Shown: piece by piece, positions 50,100-61,379 of the stretch
Layout: each line of letters opens with the position of its first letter
How positions within the stretch are numbered: position 1 is the stretch's first letter
From: Callorhinchus milii
Lineage: Eukaryota
Reading direction: 5' to 3'
DNA length: 64,000 nt
NCBI RefSeq assembly: GCF_018977255.1
Contig: NW_024704743.1
Location: 35,280,001-35,344,000, forward strand
Program-made: the position numbers and the translations under genes
Notes under the pieces: model-generated
Database searches by the model: none
What the model was told of the DNA's origin: nothing
What the model saw: only the letters and a program-made list of their open reading frames with translations

Positions 50100-51135
50100 A
50101 TAGGAACAGATCCCAAGATCACAGAACTGATTTGGCTGAAGAAGGCCCTTCGGCCCATCCGATCTCTTCTTTCCAGAACACCTACCTTACCATCTCCCCA
50201 TCAAAGCAACAAGCTGCTTTTTAATGGAGTCAAGTATCCTGATGTCAAACACCGTAGGTCAGATTCCAGGAAGTTTTTCTTTACTCTGAGGGTAGTTGTT
50301 GATTACCCTCTGAGTAAAGAAAATCTTCCTGGAATCTGACCTAAAATTGCCCTTTACAATTCTAAAACGTTGTCCTCTTTTTTCTATTGTCTTGTTCCAT
50401 CCTAAACTATTGATCTGGGATTACTTTTCAATCCCATTTAAAATGTTATACACCTCTATGAGGTCCCCTCTGAGATGTCTTCTCTCAAGATTGAAGAGCC
50501 CTATCTTGCCTAATCATTGCTTATAGCTCATTCCTCTAATAATGCGGATCATCCTCATTTCTCTCCTCTGCACTGCCACTCGGATTTGGGCAGCCCCATT
50601 GTGTTGTGATGACAGAACTGTATGCAGAACTCAAGGTCTGGTCTAACCAGAGACTATGCAGTCAAGGTATGATGTCTGGTATCTAAACTCAAATGATTTA
50701 GTAATCTAGCTCAGCATCTTGCTTGACTTGTTTATTAATGCCTCACACTGTTTTGACATAGTGAGTGACCTTCTCTTTTACCTTCTTCCTTGGCAAGATC
50801 TAACGCATGCATAGAGTATTTGTATTTCCTATTCTTGGATCCTATATGTTAGTCCAGTACCTTGCATTTAGCTGTATTAAACTTCATTTGCCAGTTTTCA
50901 GCCCACATACATACACCATTGAGATATCTGGAAGACGTGAAAAGCGCTATATCAAATGCAACGATTATTATTATTATTATTAAACTCTCTTTGTGAGACA
51001 TTTGCTGCCTTATCTGATTCCACAGTTCCCCCACAACTGAAATGAATCTGAATTTCAAATATCTTACACTAGGTCTGCAAATCCAGAAGATTAATATATA
51101 CGAGAAACAGGAGTGTCCCTGTACAGACCCCTCTT
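50100..51135 (-). mobile_element. Decayed CR1 LINE containing an internal fold-back and a SINE-tail insertion (about 50915-50982)
   Basis: WAENWQMKFNTAKCKVL on the minus strand; 3' end gaaggcccttcggcccatc. Confidence 0.8.
50255..50343. repeat. Near-perfect inverted repeat: 40-bp arms, 9-nt loop
   Basis: Arm 50255-50294 matches the reverse complement of 50304-50343 at 38 of 40 positions. Confidence 0.97.
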
Positions 51136-51154
51136 ACAACTACTACAAAATTAT

Positions 51155-51520
51155 AGCTGTATAGCGCCTTTCACGTCAGAAGGATGTCACAAGACCCTGG
51201 ACAGTTAAGAGTTTACACCCGAGCTAGTGGTTGGAATCAAAAGAGATGGAGGGTGGGGGTGTGGGAGGGTGGCCGAAGGCACGGTCAAAGAGGAAGGCTT
51301 GAGACGGGCCGTGAAGGAGGCAAGGGAGGGAGCAAGTTGAAGGGATAGAGGTCCAGAAAGTGGGGGCAGAAAGAATGAAGTTAACTGGTTGCAGAGTTAC
51401 GGAGGAGCAAGACCATGGAGGGCTTTAAAAGTGAGAAGGAGGATTTTAAACTCGTTCCTCTTAGGGATTGGGAACCAGTGGATGGGGGTGATCGGTTCAC
51501 AGAGCGTTGTACGGGAGGGA
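51155..51520 (-). mobile_element. L2 3' fragment
   Basis: tatagcgcctttcacgtcagaaggatgtc stem-loop and a purine-rich body. Confidence 0.8.
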
Positions 51521-52422
51521 TTAGGGAGCTACGTCAAAATGAGGCGAGGTGTTCCCCATTTTGATTAGCTCCCCTAACAAAGACCCTACCTTACAGCCAA
51601 TTCTAAATCCACGTCCATGTCTTGCCCTTGATACCCAGTGACCACAACAGCAGCAGCAACAAATTGCATTTATATAGCACCTTTCCCATCGGGAGGCCAT
51701 CCCAAGGCATTGAATGGTTTGTAGTTTGCGGATCACAGTTTGTGAAGGAGTCTTTGGTGCGGAACTTTGTTAAACGCCTTTTAGAACTCTGGATATACTA
51801 AATCATATGGCTTCCCACAGTCAATTTAGATTATCTTTAATGATACTGACTGATATGATTTAATTTTATTAAGGTCAAACCAGGTAATATTCATTAAATG
51901 TACTAAGCTTGAAAAAGGGATTGTTTTTTATAATAATCCGACACAGTGTATTTTAGACTTCATTTTCTTTAGCTGATTGGCAGTCTTGTGAGATTGTTAT
52001 GACACAGGTTTGCCTCGCTGTTCCCCATGACGAGTTCCAGATCTTGGGATTGCCATAGGAGGAGGCTTTTTGCAAAGGCTAAGTGCTTCCCTGCAGGACG
52101 GGAGGGCACACCAGCAGACTGGTTGTGCCAGACTGCTCTTGTACACCCTTCAAGCAGTCAAATTTACTTGGCATCAATAGGGCCTCAGGAGCAGGTTGCC
52201 TGAGTGCCATTCTAACCAGCGTGTATCTACAGCTCAGAGAGATGGAGTTAAAACCGATTAACACATTTAAGGGGCTCTATAGTTTTGAACTGTGATTTTT
52301 TGCTGTGAGGCAGGTCCTATTAAAAATTATGTTTTTTTTTGCAGATCCATTGATGTGCGTTCTTTTCAGAATGTACATGTAAATTAACCCAGGGCATATT
52401 TTTTGTGCAGTAAGATTACTTT

Positions 52423-52845
52423 GTGTCAGCCTTGTTTAGTGGTAGCACTCTCACCTCTGAGTCAGAAGGTTTGGGTCCAAGCCCCATTTTGGGACTTGGA
52501 ATCACATTGTTTAAGATAACACTTTAATGCAGTGCTGGGGATTGGGGAGGTGTATTTTTAAGGTGCTGTCCTTCAGATGAGACTAAGGTTAAACTAAGGT
52601 CCTGTCTGCTTGTCCAGGTGGATGTTAAAGATCCCATGGCACTGTTCAAAAAGAGAAGGGAGTTTCTCCTGGTGTCCCTCAAAATAAAATTAGTCATTCG
52701 GTTCATGGCTATCTATGGCACATTGCTGTGCACAATCGGGCTGATGTGTTCGATTACAAATACAGAGTCACTCCACAGTAAATCCTGTAAATCACTTTAT
52801 GACATCCATCGTGAAAGGCAGTATACCAAATACAAAGGTTATTTT
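52423..52845 (+). mobile_element. Deu-domain SINE, near full length
   Basis: tgtgtcagcc...gtggtagcactctcacctctgagtcagaagg head; caggtggatgttaaagatcccatggcactgttc core. Confidence 0.88.
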
Positions 52846-53089
52846 TATAATTATTTCTTCTTAATACAGCCATAATTGAGAATTGATTGTTATAGGAATT
52901 CAAGTAGCATTCCAAATGTTCTAAATATTTTAATTAGAAACATTCCTAGTTAAAATATTAAAGTATTCAGATTGTTATTTTTCACTAATCGCCTAAAATG
53001 TCACTGACCTCCTCAAATTATTTTTGGATTTGTTTTTTCTTTCATGCGTTTTTCTTTATTTTGCTTCTGCTTGTTTCTCCTTTGCTTCT

Positions 53090-53440
53090 AAAGATGTTTG
53101 ACTCCTTTTACCTTCTACTGGTGCCTGATTCCCTCCGGTGCTTCACTTTTGTGACCATTATTAATGTATGAGCATTGATAGTCAGTGTTGGCAGGCTATT
53201 CGATTGAGAAGGAAACGAGAAGCACAGCTGAGCCCAAGTCTGATCTCACAATTTCCAGTGGGACAATTGCATAGTGATCAGGAGCGGGAATCTGGATTGA
53301 TATTCTCCTCCCTAATTCAGGGGTGCTAAGACCAACTGTAGCACCACAACTGCTGGCCCAGCAGAGAGAGAGACCAGCTAATTCAACACACACCAGGATT
53401 CCAAATGCCAACCTTAAGGTGTGCACGACCTGCTGCCCTT
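53090..53440 (-). mobile_element. Ancient SINE relic, AmnSINE2-like
   Basis: gtgttggcaggctattcga...gtgatcaggagcgggaatctgg...gaccaactgtagcacc...cagctaattcaacacacaccagg. Confidence 0.55.
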
Positions 53441-53477
53441 CTACGCCGGTTGAATTGGATAGAATAAGCAGTACAAA

Positions 53478-53770
53478 TTTACATTTCTGCCTTTCCTTTT
53501 GCATCGGAAGGATGCTCCAAAATGCTTAAAAATACTGTCTAGGTACCTGAGCTGGGGGTGGAAGCTGAGAGATAGGGAGGAGAAAGATGATCAAAAGTGT
53601 GGATGAAGAGGTAGGTCTGAGAATGACTTTAAACGACGGAAGGGAGGGAGTGATTCAAAAGGACTTCAGGATAGAGTTCCAGAGTGGGGCACAAAGGCTG
53701 AAAACTCATCTTGCGTTGTTGGGTGTTGAGATAGTGTTTGAGGAGGTCACAGAGGTAGGGCGGGATATCC
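53478..53770 (-). mobile_element. Decayed L2 3' fragment
   Basis: Tail caaatttacattt...catcggaaggatgctcc and a purine-rich body. Confidence 0.6.
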
Positions 53771-53964
53771 TGCAGTTGCACAGTTCACAGGCAAAGCTGG
53801 GTCCCAGTATTTAAGCAAATTATTATTATATAATTTATACAACAATAATAACTAAAAACAACAACTTGCATTTAGAGAGTACCCTTCATGAAGTGTAACA
53901 TCTCAGAATTCTGTAAACATAGCAGTTCTTAAACTGAAAGCTTTAAAGTTAAGACTTCAATCCC

Positions 53965-54210
53965 TTGAGCCCAACCTATACCCACCCTATGTCCACAAAC
54001 ATACACGTTCCAGCAGAGGTCCTATTTAACTATCAGGAATGCAATTTGAAAACCCTGACTTATTTTTCCATCCTTAATTCAGCCTTGCTTACACAGATTG
54101 TGGCACCTAGGCGCAGCCCTTGATAAAATCAGATAACACTTGAATCCTGGGATCTGCTGCTCTGTATAATTTGGTGCCACACCAGGACTTGCCTTTAATC
54201 TACTGGGATC
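53965..54210 (-). mobile_element. Ancient SINE relic, AmnSINE2-like
   Basis: gagcccaacc...gtccacaaacatacacgttccagcagaggtc...aaccctgacttattttt. Confidence 0.45.
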
Positions 54211-54599
54211 TCATCTGAGGCAATGAACTAAGACTAGCCAGGCACTACTGCATGAACCAGGTGAATCAATTATACTCATGTATCTAGTAGCAACCATCAA
54301 CAGCAATTTATGGGCATGTCTCCATCCTGAAAGTGTTGTAGGAGTAGTAGATGCATAGAAACTGTTAATTTCAGCTATTTCTCTGGTGGGAGGTGGGGAG
54401 GGTCGGGTATCTGGAGTGAAAAAAAATGATTGTCTTGTTTGCAGCAGTGATGGCTACATTTCCTTATAGAGTAGAATTGAACAGGAGAAAGCACGGACAC
54501 TTTCTTATTTTGATCCTTGTGTCACACTTCGTGTTAGTTCAGAGGACAGTATTATATCTGCTCTTTCTCCCCACCCTCTAAAAAATCTGATTTAACTTG

Positions 54600-55400
54600 G
54601 ATAATGTTATTTCCACTGGGATCCGAGGTCTGAGCATTCTAACACAGCGAGCCTCTGAGAGTTTTAGTATTCAAATCATTCAGACGCAGCAGATTTTTCT
54701 GTAAGGCCTTCAACATATCACCTGATTAAATCCTTGCAACCTAATAAATTAATGATATACATCTAATTACTTTTCCAATGCTCTGTGAAGCCTCATTTGC
54801 CAGTCGCTTCCCCAATGACCAGTTTTCTCACTCAATTGCTTTGTATTTTTTACCTGCCTTCACTCACTCTTCTGTGACCCCAGATGAAATGAACTGCACT
54901 GCTCGTAGGAATGTAATTTCAACAAGTCTCACGGAGGCTGTGGGGGAGGCAGGGCGGGAGGCCAGCGGGCTGCAGTACAGCTGTATCCTGCTGTGTTTTA
55001 ATTCTGGACGTGGGTGACATGCAACATCCATGCTTCAAATAAAGGGCTTTTTCGACAGATGTCACCGTAGGTTATATCGGAGAGTGATTGCTGGAGTGTT
55101 TTGTAGAGCAAGGCTGCCTGCAGCAGCTACAGTGACAATGCACGAATGACATCTTGCAGATTATATGAGGTGGCTGCTTGTTTAGACTGCAGGAAAGAAA
55201 AAAAAATGTGTTAAGTGGTGACGCTGCCCTTTTACCCTTTTCACAACTGTTCCAAAGATCTTTGATGGAAATGCACCAGGATTTTTGCAATGCAGCAGCA
55301 AAGGGAGAAGGAAAGGGGACAAGAGCATTTGTGTCTCACCTATATTACACATTCTATCTGTTATAACATTGTTCTGTTTTGACACTATTTGGGGACTGTC
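54600..55400. promoter_or_regulatory. Candidate conserved non-coding/enhancer block
   Basis: TE-free; clustered tgattaa/taataaattaatga/ctaatta homeodomain-type sites and TGACA/TGTCA motifs. Conservation not verified. Confidence 0.35.
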
Positions 55401-56449
55401 AATGGGGACATACCGTTTTGTTTCACATCCTGAGTTGCGTACATGGGCAGGTGGTGGGAGAGAGACGGGAAAGAAGCAGCACAGATTGCTCAGAGCAATA
55501 TGGCTGATAAGGTGCTATATCAAATGCAAGGATTATTATTATTATTATATTTTTATTGGGATTCAAGGTTTGGATTGCGCTGGAGGTGTCTGAGATGGGA
55601 AGACCCAGCTCACTAGGAACCTTAAACTGAAGCTTTGAATGGACGAAGGCCTGAAAAGGATGCTTCAACCCATTTATAGCCACTGTAGAATATAATATAA
55701 CCTTGCCCCCTTAAAAGCATTCTGGAAACCTTCCATTCAAAACATTATCTCTGTCCTCTTACCCATTCCCACTTTCCCTGTGGTGTCTGTCACTGTATAA
55801 AGCGCTATGAGATGTCATCCTTTGTGAAAAATCTTACATAAACCCAAGCTATTGTTAGATAAGGCGGTACCCAATGTAGCCTTGGGTAAAAGTTTGTGGT
55901 ATACTCTTTAAATCCTTACAATATCAACCAGGAATCAGAATCTACTTGTGACGTGAACACACTGTACCAATATTCAGAGGATTAAAAGGTTAATTTATGA
56001 TATGTTGCGGCATGTACCATCTTTCCTGTTTGTGTGTACAGGTTAGAATCTGAGATTGTAGCTGGGGGGGTATGGAGAAGAAGACCCATCATCATCGAGA
56101 GCAACTTGCATTTATACAGCACCCTTCACGCGGGGTAGCGTCTCGGAGCACTTCACACACATTACTTAGGAATAAATGATCTGAGCAAATCATGCTACAC
56201 GGCATTGAATTGGGGAAAAGCTCTCCCTCAGCTCCCAAAGTAGTACCATGTTAAAGCACCCTTGACTGTGAGAGGAACAGAAAGGAGAGTGAGTCTCCCC
56301 GAGCTGCTCTCACTCACCTCCGAGAGGGTGACTGGCAAAGCGCTCTGAGTCCTGGGCTGGCAGATCAGTGCCTGAGGGAACTGGGGAGAAAACAGGGTTT
56401 TTATATTCCCAGCTGCGACTTCCCTTAGAGACTCATGAACGAAGCTCTG

Positions 56450-56585
56450 AGGAATTTCATCAAGTCTTTGCCTATAAAGCCATCTTGCCTTAAAATTTTA
56501 TTTTGCACATAATTGTGGAAAATTCTTAAATTCAGTCATAATTTAGATGCTGTTTTTCCTCAGTTCTTAAGAAGAATCTTATATA
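56450..56585. mobile_element. Palindromic MITE-like family member (left half)
   Basis: ggaaaattcttaaattcagtcataatttagatgctgtttttcctcagttctt matches the left arms of the copies at 22320 and 15257. Confidence 0.5.
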
Positions 56586-57379
56586 TTCTTTTAATCTGGA
56601 AAATTAATTGTGAGGGACAGAAACCATTGAAAATTGTTTGGAGTTTTCTGCAATCTACCAGAAATAATCTTTAACTGGTTCCTTTCTATTGCGCCCACAA
56701 AATATAGTTAATTCACTTTACAACATATTCTATGAAGCACTTTGAGATGTCTCAATGATGTGATAAGGTACTATATAAATGCAAGGATTATTATTATTAT
56801 TTGTTTGCCTGTTTTGATGGTTCAGCTGCATACTACAAATCCCGTGACACTGATTTGTAGAGTTACATAGAGTTATTTAGAGTGATTTGGCACGGAAGTA
56901 GGCCATTTGAACTAACCTGCCCATGACAGTGTTTTCCTCCACACCATTTCCTGCGACATCAGCAGCAACCCAGAAGTTGTCGATTGTTTAGCATGTGAGC
57001 AGCTGGCCTGCATTTTCAAGTGAGCATTTTGGAATTTTTCACAGTGAATGTCGGGGTCCACATACAGACGAACCTGCATTGCAATGAAGGGTGTTATAAC
57101 AGGGTTTCACTGTATTGTGTGCAAGATCACTGCATTATATCTACAGCACCAATTGCACCCTATACAGCAAGATGAGACAAATGCAAAACCAAAATAAAAT
57201 GGATCAAGAAGGATGGAAAAGCATAGAAATTTTCACGAACAAGAGTTGTTTAGCCAGCCCAACAGGATTAGCAGTAGTTTGTTTTCTTCCCATTGAGTCG
57301 CACATGAGAAATCCTAGGCTTAGCTATTATTTGAGCTCAGTTAGTATCACAAGGTGACTTTCAGACATTCATGATAAAA

Positions 57380-58300
57380 CCGAGAGAAGTTTTTTAAAAA
57401 AATATTAGTTTATTTTAATTAAATCAATGCCATGCAGTTAGAACAGTCCACGTGATTTATTAGTTAATCCTCTTCACCCTTCACATTTGCCTTCTGCAAT
57501 CACTTCATATTCTGCATTCATAAATGCTTGGATAAACATGCAACAGATACAAACTGACAAAAGATGAGGGCAATGAACCGCGGACCCTCTCAAAAGATTA
57601 ATTCCTGGCTGCTGGAGGAAAGTCAGTTTTAAGCAAGAACTGATTGGGAATTTGGAAACAGCATCTCAGTTCGACATGCAAATGATGGAGCTTGTACCAC
57701 AGCTGTCAGGAAAGCTTAGCAGCTTTGATGCTCCAGCTTCTGTAGGAATCCTGCAGTTTACAGAACAAGCCTGCTGCAGTTAAGCACAGAGAGGAAACTG
57801 GCAAACCAACGTGATTTTAGGCTCTGACGTCTCCAGGTTCTTTCATGGCATCGCATGCGTCACTCAAATTACACCAGAGCTGACGTAACGTTTGACTAAC
57901 ACATTGTATCTTGCACCATGCATAAAAGTTTCATAACAAGTTTATTATTTCTGGGCTAATTTCCCTCCTCAAGGCATTTGATTGCTTTTTCCTTCTACTC
58001 TGATGTGGTTTCAGGGACGCCCACTCGCTGGTTCCTAATAAATACAAATTACGAATGTTTTTCCACCTTATTTGCATTTTTTTTAAATGCTGGCTACATA
58101 GAAAAGATCTCCATCTAATAATGGTGCATTAGTCCCCAAGGACAGACTGTGCGATATGATGTGTTGAACGCGATGAATTTTTTTCAGAGTTTTCTATGAC
58201 TCAGTAATATTCACTGTACCATCAACTGGTGGTTATGCCCACATTATTGTTAACATAGAGAAGGTGGGTATAGCACGGGGAGCTGTCATTAGCATTAATA
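57380..58300. promoter_or_regulatory. Candidate enhancer with CRE/AP-1/octamer motif cluster
   Basis: CACGTG 57449, TGATTTAT 57453, ATGCAAAT 57676, TGACGTCT 57825, CGTCA 57858, TGACGTAA 57881 and TGACTCA 58197, all in TE-free sequence. Confidence 0.35.
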
Positions 58301-59209
58301 AAACATGTATGCTGTGTGGGAATTAGCGTTATGGATTTAGATAATTTTAAGATTTTCTAAATTTAAAATTGTTGGAGTGTATGATACAATTTACCCTTTT
58401 TACCCTTTCTTAAAACAATAATGTAAAAGCCTACTTGCTCTGGGAATGAACCTTCTTGTCAAAACAGGAATTAAAAGGTAAATGTCGCTTTTGTATAAGA
58501 AACCTGAGTGCTATTCTCCCTGCCAGCTGTCCTGCAGTGTGGGTTGTTTCATTAGTGTGTGTTGTTTCATTAAATTAAACGATCTGTTGTTCTGCAAAAC
58601 TTTTGAAGGTATCAGCTTGACTTATAAGTAAAACTCTTGTCTCTGGATGTTAAAGATTCTGTGATACTATTCAAAAAGAGAAGGAGATTTTTGCCAGTGT
58701 CCTCATCAAAAATCCTGCAAGAATAATTAGTCATAATAATAATCCTTACATTTATTATAGCGCCTTTTCACATCTTCACAGAATATACTGTAAAGTGAAT
58801 TAACTATATTTTGTGGGCGAATCGCAGCAGCTAATTGCACACAGCAGTGTTCTACAAACAGTTGTGGATTGAGTGACCAAATTATTATTATTTATAATAA
58901 TTCATTATATGGTCAATCATCTCCTGGCTGGTTTGTTGACAAAAACAACTTGCATTTATATAGCACCCTTCATGCAGATAGCATCTCGGAGAGTTTAACA
59001 GTGGTGGAGCTTTACACCAAGCTGGGGAGAGAGGGGAGGTGACTAGGCACAGTCAAGGAGGAACATACTTGTGTACTTGGGGATCTTGCTGAATGCAATA
59101 AGGCTGTCACATTTGCCATCAAAAAAGGCCCTACACTAGACAATAATTACTGTAAAACGCTTTGAGACCTTTTGATAAAGATACTATAAAAATTCAAGTT
59201 TGCATAATG

Positions 59210-59850
59210 CCACACTGAGCCATGCAGATCAAGAGGATTCCCACATTTAATCCCTGCTCTGTGCTGAACTGGATTATCTCAGCCAAGATAGTAATAAAGA
59301 TAATAAACAATAATAGCCCTATAATGTCCAAATGTCTCAAGCTCCTTCAGAGTAAATACTGTTAAGTGTAGAAAATGTATTTGTAGGTGCACAAGGCAAC
59401 CAATTTATCCACACAAAATCTCATAAACAGCAAGAAGATGAATGACAGATTTATTTTTGGAGAATTATTGATCAGGTTACCGGGAGAAACTCCCTTCCCT
59501 TTTAGAATAATGTCATGAGTTCCTTAACATCCACATAAACCGGTACACCAGACCCCGGTTTAATATCTCTGACAGTGCTGGGCTGCCCAATATGGCACAA
59601 GGCCGTGTGCAGCACAAAGTTCTCAAAGTGGGGGTTGAAACCACAACTTTCTTACCCGGAGGTGAGAGTGCTACCGTTGAGCCAGGCTGATACCTGGGTG
59701 TTGTAATTGGCCGTAATGTTAATGGCGAAGGAAGAAAGATATTCAGCCAAGATTCCCCTCTGGGCAGGATCAGGCTCAGCCGGGGAGCCCCATGTGGTCC
59801 TATATCCAGCTACAGCTTACTGGTAGAGTCAAAGTGGAGAAGAGGACTTG
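59210..59850 (+). mobile_element. AmnSINE2-like relic split by a Deu SINE
   Basis: ctgagccatgcagatcaag...ctctgtgctgaactggattatctcagcc, resuming at about 59695 with ttgtaattggcc...tcagccaagattccc...caggatcaggctcagc. Confidence 0.5.
59300..59692 (-). mobile_element. Deu-domain SINE
   Basis: Ends ggtgagagtgctaccgttgagccaggctgatac (reverse of the head); gggagaaactcccttc core. Confidence 0.8.
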
Positions 59851-60730
59851 ATGAGGTGGAAGATACCCTTTTTGTTTTAGTCAGAGAAGTTGTATTGACT
59901 AAACAATTAACTTGTTTGTATGAAATTGTAACCGAGTACCATCCCGTTAGCTTCTGCTCTTAGCTGAGGTGGTTTCCTTAATAGGCAGAGCCAGGAAGCA
60001 TAAAGTGTTTCAATAAATAATAATAATAATCTTTGCATTCAATATAGCACCTTATCACGTCTTTGAGACTTCTCAAAGTGCTTCACAGAATATACTGTAA
60101 AGTGAATTGACTGTATATTTTGTGGGTAAAATAAAATATAAACATGGAGGTTGCAGCAGGTGGATTTCATGTGTGTTTTGTAGGGCAGGGAATGTGCGTT
60201 CATTATCCTGTGAGGGTGAGTTCACTACCTTTGAGATTGTAGCTGCATACTTTTATTTTTAAAGTCCCTAATGGCTTCTGATAGTTCTCTCAATTGCCTG
60301 ATTATCTTTCCTACTGTGTTTTAGAAGAGATCAGAACAGCTTGGAGCCGTTTTTTCATGCTGTGATTTGCAGCAAAACCAGAATAATAAAGCAGCAAATG
60401 GATGAGGAGATTCAACAGGAATGTGAAGAAATTGTAACTTGCAACAGATTGTAGGAGAAATTTGCAACACAAAGATGCTCTGTACTCACAAGGTGCTTTC
60501 ACAACTGATGCAAAGCCACACGTGCATTTGTGACATTACATCCCCTGAAAGCTGAGTCCTGCCGAAGTCAGTAACCCCTGAACTGAAGCATTATTGAAAT
60601 AGTACATACAGTACAGCGTTTAAAAACTTTTTTTGAATTTTCATTAAAACTCAATTTTTAAAAATATTAATGAGATTTTTGAATCCACAGAGAATAGTTT
60701 ATTTTGCAGTGGATGGAAATGATCTGGTAT

Positions 60731-61065
60731 GGAGTCCTGTAGCTTAGCGGTTAGAGCACTTGTCTCGCAAGTGAATGGACTTGGGTTCGATTCCTGGGCA
60801 GGGTGAAACGTTGGGCAAATTTCCTTACTCCACACGCCTGTTTATCTAGCAGGAAGTTGTCAATTGGCAGATCGCTTTCCAGGGGTAACAATCCCTTAAA
60901 AGATATAATTTGGTCACTCAGTCCACGGCTGTTTGTTGGGACACTGCTGTGCGCAATTGGCTGCCGTGTTTCACCCACAAAGTATACAGTCAATTCACTT
61001 AGCAGTATATTCTGTGAAGCGCTTTGAGACGTCTCGAAGACCTGATAAGGCGCAAGGATTATGAT
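60731..61065 (+). mobile_element. tRNA-Ala SINE, long subfamily, full length
   Basis: ggagtcctgtagcttagcggttagagcac...gggttcgattcctggg (A and B boxes) plus body and tail. Confidence 0.9.
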
Positions 61066-61379
61066 TAATTTTATCATTGTACCAACCTAGACTTTGCAAC
61101 AACTCCAAAAGTTTTGAGGTAAAACTGTTACAGAAGATGTCGCACTGAACTTGGCGATGGTTCATTATCTGCCATGAAAATGATGGTGCTCACACTGATC
61201 CTCTGGCCTTCCGGACATCTAGATACAGTTAAACACTTGTACTGAGTACAATTGAGTACAGTACTTCTATATACAATTATCATTATTCTTCCTCATGTTT
61301 TTGTTGTCGCACTGTGTAAAAAAAAAAGGTGGGGGTAACAGGACTTTGTGGAGACCCTGTAGAATATTCATTGTCCCTA

